The position numbers were made by a program, and so were the translations under genes. 64,000 nucleotides of DNA from Eledone cirrhosa (Eukaryota). Shown here one piece after another: positions 52,838 to 64,000 of the stretch. The stretch spans positions 101,804,001 through 101,868,000 of the forward strand of contig OZ024746.1 in NCBI GenBank assembly GCA_964016885.1, written 5' to 3'. Position 1 is the first letter of the stretch, and the number at the start of each line of letters is the position of its first letter. The notes under the pieces were generated by a model that ran no database searches, had not been told where the DNA came from, and saw only the letters and a program-made list of their open reading frames with translations.

Positions 52838-54307
52838 ATACTTTGGGAGTGTCATATTGCCAATAAGAAACACACGCACCAGTTGTTTCATTTCAATTTA
52901 TTATAATAAATTTATAAATTTAGGAATTTATAAATTTCCGGTTGGTTGGTTGGTTGGTTCCACAACCAGATGATTGTTCATATATTGTCAAAGTTCTTTC
53001 GTCACACATTCTGTGACCTCTTCAGTGACTGGGGATTCTTTTCTTTGTTTTTTGTGCCTCTCCTTTGTTCTGTCCTACGCCATCTTGTTTTTGTGTGTGT
53101 TGTGTGCTTAGTTTGCGCATGTGTTACATCCGGGTGCCTGTGTGTGTTTATATTTGTTTATTTATTTGTTTATTTACATGTTACTGGTTGGTTGTTTGTT
53201 CTATGTGTGTGTGTGTTTTCATTTTGTCCTTAATTGTAAGTTGTGATGTTGCTGTTCCATTCATGTTTTCTATTTAATTTTGGTTGGAGTTCATTTATGT
53301 TTATTGCCTCTGTGATTTGTCTAAACATTGCGTCTTTTCTGTGTGTAGATTCTATTTTTATTTCTATGTTCTCTAATTTACCCTTATGTTATATTTTAGC
53401 ATGTTGGTAGAGTACAGATGATTCTTTACTATCTTGAAGCTCTTGCCAGTGTTCATTTATCCGTTCCCCTATACTACGAGCTGTCTCACCTATGTACACT
53501 ATATTCTTATCTCTACATTGTCCTTCAGTACATCTTATGCTATATACTACATTTCTAGTTTTACAGTTAATATTGAGGCTTAATTTACAGATTATACATT
53601 TCTTATCTATACAGGGAAGTCTTTGAAAAGGGTATGTATTGCTTATAAGTGTTTTTATGGAGGTACCTGGTCTTTCTACTATCTTAATATTGAGTTTATG
53701 TTTATCTAGGGCCCTTCTAAATTTGTAAGCTAATTCACCTCTAGGGGTTGTATCGATGAACATTACACTCTGGTATTTATTGCTATCATACCATGAGTTT
53801 ATTCTATTAACCTTATTCCTAGTTCTTTCTATTCTATTCCAAAATTTGCTCCTATACAAGGAGCAGGTCCCATTTGTGTCATTATTTACCATTTTTTTCC
53901 ATTTGGTTCTGGCTCCTCTATATACTCTGATTTTATCTCTCTGATTGTAACCAGAGAACTGCATACGGTGGATGAAGTATTGTATGTGTCTCTCTAGTTC
54001 TTTGGGGTTGCACATGCGGGACACGTTTCTCATCACCCGTACCAAATCCGCAATCACTGTGTTGATTTTGGTATGGTCCGAAACAGCTGAGTTTCGGTGG
54101 ATCAGATATTTGGAAGTCATGGGTTTGGCATAATGGGAATGGAGGATTTGTTTTTTGTTATTAATGGTATCTAACCAGAGCTCTGTGTATAGTACAGGTA
54201 ATCGATGGTTGGGGTGTCTGCTTGGGTAGTCTATAGTAACTCTAATACTCTGGTGGATGGAGTTAGCTATTTGCTGGATGCTTTCCATGGTGTTTTTCTC
54301 TAATCCT
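52824..54307 (-). mobile_element. Penelope-like element family C: RT thumb + Cys linker + GIY-YIG, 5'-truncated
   Basis: ORF 53389-54339 contains LPVLYTELW..HYAKPM..CIDKKCIIC..NVVYSIRC..YIGETARSIGERINEH. The 3' UTR carries a hammerhead and ends at (TA)n. Confidence 0.92.
52987..53029 (-). ncRNA. Minimal hammerhead, PLE family C
   Basis: Reverse complement of 51710-51752. Confidence 0.72.
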
Positions 54308-56006
54308 GGATGTGTCTTTCCATTTCTGTTGGGTCGCACATGCGGGACACGTTCTTCATCACTCGTACCAAGTCTGCGATCAGAATATTAAACTTAGCAC
54401 TACTGGACATTGCTGAGTTTTTGAGTATCAGGTATTTGGAGGCCATGGGTTTATCATAGTGTGAGTGGAAAATTTGGGCTCTCTCGTCTATAGTGTTAAT
54501 CCAGAGTTCCGTGTCTATAGACGAGAGAGCCCAAATTCTCCACTCACACTATGCTAAACCTATGGCCTCCAAATACCTGATACTCAAAAACTCAGCAATG
54601 TCCAGTAGTGCTAAGTTTAATATTCTGATCGCAGACTTGGTACGAGTGATGAAGAACGTGTCCCGCATGTGCGACCCAACAGAAATGGAAAGACACATCC
54701 AACACTTCATCAACCGCATGCAGTTCTCTGGCTACAACCAAAGAGACAGAATCAGAGTATACGAAGGAGCCACGGAGAAAAGACCCTCATAGAACTGGAC
54801 ATGAAAGGAATTTGCCCATTATACAGGAGCAAATCATGGAATAGCTTAGATAGGGCTAGACATAAACCCTCATGGTACGACAACCAGAGATACCAGAGTG
54901 TCATGTTTGTGGACGCTACCCCTGGAGGGAAATTAGCTAACCAGTGTAGAAAGGCCCTGAGAAAGACCCACTTAAAGATTAAGGTGGTAGAAAAGCCAGG
55001 AACCACCATAAAATCCCTGATCAGCAAAACCTACCCTTTTAAGAAAACCCACTGTACTAATAGGAAATGTATCATATGTAAAGTAAACCCCCGGATAAAC
55101 TGTAAAACTAGAAACGTAGTCTATAGCATAAGATGTACAGAGGGTACTTGCAGAAACATGACAACAACATACATAGGCGAGACAGCTCGTAGCATAGGTG
55201 AAAGGATAGACCAACACTGGGGGGAACTAAAAGGACGAAAAAACGGTTCAGTACTATACGAACATGCCAGACAACAACCCGACGGTAACATAGATAACAT
55301 AGAAATTAGAATAATATGTAAACATAGAAATGACCCAGCAGATAGGCAAATCAGAGAGGCCAGCGAAATAGAACTTAGAAGGCCAAGGCTAAACAGAAAA
55401 AATGAATGGAATAACAACAACACCCAAACAAACAACACTGACCTAAGAGAAGTATAAATAAATAAATAAATAAATAAATAGATAAATAAATAAATACATA
55501 TACAAGCACAATAACAACAAACACATATAAACACAGACTAGTAAAGATAGAATACATTAACCAATACACAGTCACTCAAACACGAACACACATCAAACAA
55601 AACACTATACACACACGCAAACGCATGCGCAAAGAAGACAAAAAAATAAACAAATAAATAAATATATAAACAGACGAAATAAAGATGGCGTAGACATACC
55701 ATGCAACGGGAGGAAACAATAGCACCACTGACGATGTTGCAGATGTGCAACGAAAGAACTTTGATAGACTATATATATGTGTTTGTGTCTATATTGTATC
55801 TGTATTTTTGACCGTTGGTCAGTCAATGGCAACATTGAGGACCGAATAAATTAAATTAACCTATATAAAAGACACAGAAGCGAAAACCAACCAAACAGTG
55901 AGTGTGTTCTGTTATTAATTCAGGCAATATTACACAAATATAACCCTCCTCAAGTATAACAATATTTGTTTCAACACACGATTTCATATAAAAAACCTCG
56001 CAAAAC
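54308..56006 (+). mobile_element. Penelope-like element family B with 5' inversion
   Basis: ORFs 54493-54792 and 54669-55457 (frameshifted) contain HYAKPMASKYLI..CTNRKCIIC..NVVYSIRC..YIGETAR. 54308-54493 is an inverted copy of 54515-54700. Ends at (TA)n. Confidence 0.92.
55725..55764 (+). ncRNA. Minimal hammerhead, PLE family B
   Basis: CCA-CTGACGA-TGTTGCAGATGTGCAAC-GAAA-GAAC-TT-TG; weak stem I. Confidence 0.6.
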
Positions 56007-56045
<39 letters not shown>

Positions 56046-56138
56046 ATATATATATAATTGGTGTTGGATGCTTCAAGCCTCCGTATGCGGCAGGCCGTAT
56101 GAGCACTGAATGCCCTCGTAGAGCAGAGTATGATATCA

Positions 56139-56413
56139 CAGAAAAAAGAGAATCAGTGTTATGACGAAAGGAATTTATTGGACATATTACAAATGTTTCT
56201 CGGGCGACCAGTTCGAGGCACGATCGATATGGTGATCACACCTGACTCTGAAATCAACACGGTCGTCGGATACGTCTCGATTCTATGACCACCGTGTTGA
56301 TTTCCGAGTCAGGTGTGAACACCATATCGATCGTGAGTCGAGCTGGTCGCCCGAGAAACATTTGTAATATGTCCAATAAATTCCTTTCGTCGCAACACTG
56401 ATTCTCTTTTTTC

Positions 56414-56414
<1 letters not shown>
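56139..56414. repeat. Fold-back inverted repeat between (TA)n tracts
   Basis: Arms of about 125 bp (56139-56262 and 56292-56414) with several mismatches. Confidence 0.8.
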
Positions 56415-56477
<63 letters not shown>

Positions 56478-56624
56478 AGGAGTTGACGGACCCAGCATAT
56501 TTATCAATGCCAGGACCGGTTGTATCTCAGCGTACTCAATAGGCAATGTAAGATACATTCCCAGAGTATACACATAGTTATTTGCTTCAACACAACACAC
56601 GTAAAACAGGTGCCTACAACGGGA

Positions 56625-56728
56625 GGACTCGAGTTTCTGCCGCACTAATGCAGCAGTAAGGTGCACTGCACCATCCGTCTGCATATATTATGCAACAATG
56701 CACAATCGGCTTATGCGGCTTCATCAGC
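56625..56728 (-). ncRNA. Hammerhead core with extended stem II
   Basis: Minus strand: CTGATGA-AGCCGCA...TGCGGCA-GAAA-CTCGAG-TC; palindromic stem III; stem I pairing not evident. Confidence 0.5.
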
Positions 56729-57181
56729 GGGTAACGCCTAATCAATAACCAATCGATCGACAGATTCCAAACACCAGCCCTTGCCGGTCATAACTGTTTG
56801 TGACGACTGACACAGTAAAGCGATTAGCATCTGGCACCCGATAAAATACTATCTCTCAACTAGCCACCGATTTACAAATTTTACGTGACGGTGGGAGACT
56901 AAAAGAATCAATCTTTTCGTTCCCGTCAAAAGCGTTCAGCCAACGTGTCTCACACACAAATTATTAAGAGGTGAAAAGATGGTTATTAGAAATAGCAGTT
57001 CATATTGATGTATAATAGAATGGTAGCATTCGGCTCATTTCTCCAAGTCCCATGGCTAGAGGAAAGCGATGGTAACAATGGTAGTGCCAAGAACCTTTAA
57101 CGGACTTTAAATGCGATATTCTATTATATAGCAATATAGTAGCGAGCTGAAATGTGCTTAGAGAACCAGTCTATTTCACAA

Positions 57182-57236
<55 letters not shown>

Positions 57237-57323
57237 GCATAGAATTACGTAAAACTAGTTAGACCATTACTCAACAGAGTACTCAATCCTTTGGATAGTA
57301 GAGTATGGTTATATTATAAAGAA

Positions 57324-57410
57324 TAACGGCTGATCTCTTGCCGTTTCAACAACTAGTTTCCGGATGATTGTGAAAAGGGCTCACGGTTAACTAGCAATAT
57401 TATCAGGGGC
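57324..57410 (-). ncRNA. Degenerate hammerhead related to family A
   Basis: Minus strand: CCC-CTGATAA-..CTAGTT..AACTAG..-GAAA-CGGC-AAGAGATCA-GCCG-TT. The downstream ATTGAGTACT motif is shared with family A. Confidence 0.4.
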
Positions 57411-57454
57411 CTGTCCTGTCCATATAAGGGTAGAATGCCAACGCCATTTTTATT

Positions 57455-58587
<1,133 letters not shown>

Positions 58588-58610
58588 ATATATATATATA
58601 TATATGTAGC

Positions 58611-58641
<31 letters not shown>

Positions 58642-58674
58642 GTGTATATGTATATATATATGTGTGTGTATGTA

Positions 58675-59510
58675 TATATATAAAATTATTTGACTCTCTG
58701 CCTGTCTGTCTGTTCCTAATCATTCTCTAACGGCTGGACCAAATCAAATAAAATTTTACAAAGTAATAGTATTAGACCCCGGGAGTGTGAACATGTAATT
58801 TTTATTTTCATTTGATGTAAAACAATATATTCTATCTAAAATTACATTTCTATAGTGAACTATAGTAAACCACCACCACCACCACCAGTCACATTTTGTA
58901 TATGAGTGTGTGTGTGTTTGCGAGTTCGTTACTACGTAAGTTGCATACACATTATCTTCACATGTATGTCTGTGTCCGTCTGTCTTAGTAAATGTATGTG
59001 AGTGTGTGTGTGACTGTGTGTGTGTAAGTGTATGTGAGTGTATGTGTGTGTGAGTGTATGTGTGATAATTTTTATTTTCATTTGTATTAAAACAATAGAA
59101 AACAACACACCGACGTCACATTTTGTATATGAATATTATGTGTCTGTGAGTGTGTGTGCACATTCATTAGGTACATGATTAAATACACACACACATCTAC
59201 ACATTCAGATATACATATATAGCAACTGACGAAAAATGAGGTGAAAAGCTATGCGTGGATGTATGTATGTGTGTATCTGTCTTAGTATATGTATATGAGA
59301 GTGTATGTGTGTGAGTGTGTAGCAACAATTTATTTATTTAGACACCAAAAAAATATTACACAATGAATATTGTTTACCCTAAGGTGCTTCAAGATTGACA
59401 GATTTTCATTTCTAAATTTTGTTATCATTACAATTTTGATATCTTTTTAATTGTTTACTAATATGTATAAGAACAGCAGTAACCCAGGCAACGCCGGGTC
59501 ATTCAGCTAG
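58675..59510 (+). mobile_element. Non-autonomous Helitron-like element, copy 2
   Basis: 3' hairpin CCCAGGCAACGCCGGG followed by CTAG|T (59507-59510); reverse-complement homology to 4656-5517. Confidence 0.7.
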
Positions 59511-60019
59511 TATATTTATACATTTTTTCTATGTATGAACTTACGTGTATGTGTATATATATATTTGTCTTTACATGTAAGTGATTATTTATATATATTT
59601 TTGTGCGTACGGTCTTTTTATGTTTATACATATATGTTTTTATATACTTATATATTTATTACATGTGTGTGTATATATATATATGTGTGTGTATGTGTAT
59701 CTGTATATATATTTTTGTGAATGTATGTGACCATATAATATGGGCGTACGCATATATGTATGTGCATATAATTCATAATTACGAAGTTTTGCGGGATCAT
59801 TGTGTGTGTATATATATATTTTATGTAAGTGTATGTAAATGTATAAGTGTAATTCCGTATTTGTATGTGTATTTATATATATGTATATATACATGTATGT
59901 ATATGTATGTATATGTATGTATATATATATATATGTCGCGTCACTCTTGAGTGCTACTGGTAACATGTAACCTAGTACAACATGTCGCATGGTCGGATGT
60001 ATTTTATCATTAAACCATA

Positions 60020-62927
60020 ATTACCACTTTACAGAGTGTACTGGGTGGATGTTATCATGACACCAACACTAACACTTTACAGAATGTACTGGATGTATTT
60101 TATCATGGTCCCAGCACTACCACTTTACAGAGTGTACTGGGTGGATTCTATCATGGCACCAACACTTTACAGAGTGTACTGGATGTATTTTATCATGACA
60201 CCAGCACTACCACTTTACAGAGTGTACTGGGTGGATTCTATCATGGCACCAACACTTTACAGAGTGTACTGGGTGGATTCTATCATGGCACCAACACTTT
60301 ACAGAGTGTACTGGGTGGATTCTATCATGGCACCAACACTTTACAGAGTGTACTGGGTGTATTTAATCATGGCACCAACACTACCACTTTACAGAGTGTA
60401 GTGGGTGTGTTTTATCATGACACCAACACTACCCCTTTACAGAGTGTACTGAATGCATTCTAACATGGCACCATCACTACCAATTTACAGAGTGTACTGG
60501 GTGTATTTTATCATGGAACCAGCACTAACACCTTACAGAGTGTACTGGGTGTATTTTATCATAACACCAGCACTACCACTTTACAGATTGTACTTGGTGT
60601 ATTTTATCATGACAGCAGCACTACCACTTTACAGAGTGTACTGGGTGTATCTTATCATGACACCAGCACTACCACTTTACAGAGTGTACAGAGTACATTC
60701 TATCATGGCACCAACACTTTACAGAGTGGACTGGGTGTATTTTATCATGGTACCAGCACTATCACTTTACAGAGTGTACTTGGTGTATTTTATGATGACA
60801 CCAACACTACCAATTTACAGAGTGTACTTGGTGTATTTTATCATGACACCAGCACTGCCACTTTACAGAGTATACTGGGTGTAATTTATCATGACATCAA
60901 CACAACCACATTACAGAGTGTACTTTGTGTATTTTATCATGACACCAACACTACCACTTTACAGAGTGTACTTGGTGTATTTTGTCATGACACCAAAACT
61001 ACAGCTTTACAGAGTGTACTGGGTGCATTTTACCATGACACCAACACTACCACATTACAGAGTTGATTTGGTGTATTTTATCATGACACCAACACTACCA
61101 CTTTACAGAGTGTACTGGGTGCATTCTATCAAGGCCCTCAGCACTACCACTTTACAGAGTGGACTGGGTGTATTTTATCATGGCACCAACACTACCACTT
61201 TACAGAGTGTACTGGGTGTATATTATCATGACACCAACACTACCACTTTACAGAGTCTACTGGGTGTATTATATCATGACACCAGCACTACCACTTTACA
61301 GAGTGTACTGGATGTATTTTATCATGGCACCAAAACTACCACCTGAACAGAGTGTACAGGGTGTATTTTATCATGGCACCAGCACTACCACTATACAGTG
61401 TGTACTGGGTGTATTTTATCATGACACCAACACCACCACTTTAAAGAGTGTACTGGGTGTATTTTATCATGGCACCAACACTACCACTTTACAGAGTGTA
61501 CTGGGTGTATTTTATCATGACACCAGCACTACCACTTTACAGAGTGGACTGGGTGTATTTTATCATGACACCAGCACTACCACTTTACAGAATGAACTGG
61601 GTGTATTATATCATGACACCAGCACTACCACTTTACAGAGTGTACTGGGTGTATTTTAACATGGCACCAGCACTACCAATTTATAGGGTGTACTGGGTGT
61701 ATTCTATCATGACACCAGCACTACCACTTTACAGAGTGTACTGGATGTATTTTATCATGGCACCAGCACTACCATTTTACAGAGTGTACTGGGTGTATTT
61801 TATCATGGCACCAACACTACCACTTTACAGTGTGTACTGGGTGTATTTTATCATGGCACCAACACTACCATTTTACAGAGTGGACTGGGTGTATTTTATC
61901 ATGGCACCAACACTACCACTTTACAGAGTGTACTGGGTGTATTTTATCATGGCACCAACACTACCACTTTACAGAGTGTACTGGGTGTATTTTATCATGG
62001 CACCAACACTACCACTTTACAGAGTGTACTGGGTGTATTTTATCATGGCACCAACACTACCACTTTACAGAGTGTACTGGGTGTATTTTATCATGGCACC
62101 AACACTACCACTTTACAGAGTGTATTGGGTGTATTTTATCATGGCACCAACACTACCACTTTACAGAGTGTATTGGGTGTATTTTATCATGGCACCAACA
62201 CTACCCCTTTACAGAGTGTATTGGGTGTATTTTATCATGGCACCAACACTACCCCTTTACAGAGTGTATTGGGTGTATTTTATCATGGCACCAACACTAC
62301 CCCTTTACAGAGTGTATTGGGTGTATTTTATCATGGCACCAACATTACCACTTTACAGAGTGTACTGGGTGTATTTTATCATGGCACCAACACTACCACT
62401 TTACAGAGTGTATTGGGTGTATTTTATCATGGCACCAACACTACCACTTTACAGAGTGTATTGGGTGTATTTTATCATGGCACCAACACTACCCCTTTAC
62501 AGAGTGTATTGGGTGTATTTTATCATGGCACCAACACTACCCCTTTACAGAGTGTATTGGGTGTATTTTATCATGGCACCAACACTACCCCTTTACAGAG
62601 TGTATTGGGTGTATTTTATCATGGCACCAACATTACCACTTTACAGAGTGTACTGGGTGTATTTTATCATGGCACCAACACTACCACTTTACAGAGTGTA
62701 TTGGGTGTATTTTATCATGGCACCAACACTACCACTTTACAGAGTGTATTGGGTGTATTTTATCATGGCAGCAACACTACCCCTTTACAGAGTGTATTGG
62801 GTGTATTTTATCATGGCACCAACACTACCACTTTACAGAGTGTACTGAGTGTATTTTATCATGGCACCAACACTACCCCTTTACAGAGTGTACTGGGTGT
62901 ATTTTATCATGGCACCAACATTACCAC
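60020..62927. repeat. 48-bp minisatellite array (ACAGAGTGTACTGGGTGTATTTTATCATGGCACCAACACTACCACTTT)
   Basis: About 60 copies; 16-aa periodicity in the ORF track; some 42-bp variants at the 5' side. Confidence 0.96.
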
Positions 62928-64000
62928 TCATTGTATCCTCATCTAGACTGGGAAATGACATGAGTGCAGGAGATAGCGATATACATGTTGCTTGCTGAGA
63001 AGTGGTCTTAAAGAGAGTGACATCTTATAGTACTGGTATGGCTGGACCAGGGACCGAGAATGTGGGAGGGAGAGTACGTGTTGTGATCTTCAAGAAAGGG
63101 AGTGAATGATCAACATTTGGCAATACATTGCAAAGTTGCATCTGTGCTTCCATAGTTACATGAGTTGGCTGGGGGAAATAGGGGGTTCGGTAGGTGGAGG
63201 TTAGCTAGTGAGTGAGGTACCTTTCTGCTTCTACCATGCTTCCAATGTGTGTTTCATCCTGATCATGTTGGAACATAAATCACCAGTCATCTTCATAAGG
63301 TTAACCTTTACCATATCATTCCAATTCTACCTCTTCCACATCATCCATCATATGTATCACATATCCATAGCAACAGTTTTTCTATATTCGGTGCATCTAG
63401 TCCTCTCTTATACTCAGTTTTTCTATTTGATAGTTCATCTTTTACGTACACTGCTATTGCACATCCATGGAAACATGTCTCATTTCTTTCCAAACTTCAC
63501 TGATCTTCTGCATTCAAGGCCCCTCACTTTCATACAACATCACAATTTTTACTCAGGTATCATACAATCTGCTTATCTTCATGAGAGAGGAGCTTTTTCC
63601 ACCTGATTCTCCCTCTATGACATTCATCAATTTGAGGTGACAATAGAAAGCATTTGCCATAAAGGACCAAACCTGAAACCATGATTATAAAAGAAATTAT
63701 TGAAAACTGAAAATTTCTTTCATAAAAACTTATGTGTATTTTATTGATTTTACTTTTTAAAAACAAAACAAAAAGATCATCTTTTATTTGGAATGTTTTA
63801 TTAAATACAAATCATAGAAATAAAAAGAAAAAAAGTTTTTGTATCTTACACATCCAAACTCATTCATTTTCTGTGTTTTTATTGAGTCCACGAATTGATA
63901 AATCATAAACTATTTCTTCAATCTTTTTCAAGTCATATTTCAAAACATCATATCGTTTGCGTAAAGAATCATTTTTCAAATTTAACAACCTAAATCCAGC

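Noticed and set aside
61448-62963. Long ORFs in all three + frames
   Set aside because: Artefact of the 48-bp minisatellite.
62930-63606. ORF 63208-63606 or a decayed LINE
   Set aside because: No recognisable motif; cannot be supported without a search.

Overview
This is eukaryotic, AT-rich, repeat-saturated DNA. The tRNA-derived SINE resembles those of octopod cephalopods, but that is an inference. No intact host gene is present; there are two candidate micro-exons, and nearly all listed ORFs are artefacts of repeats. Three large tandem arrays occur (24-bp, about 12 kb; 30-bp, about 3.4 kb; 48-bp, about 2.9 kb). Mobile elements include SINEs, hAT and Tc1-type MITEs, two Helitron-like elements, CRE and RTE LINE fragments, and a non-coding LTR element with a tRNA-Trp primer site. 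The dominant signal is a population of Penelope-like (RT + GIY-YIG) fragments and non-coding derivatives. Most abut (TA)n microsatellites, many form fold-back inversions, and together they carry more than 20 type I hammerhead ribozyme motifs read by eye from several unrelated families. These include retrozyme-like tandem units of about 430-520 bp and catalytic-core variants (U3-A8, C4). All structures were read manually; coordinates are approximate and ribozyme activity is untested.
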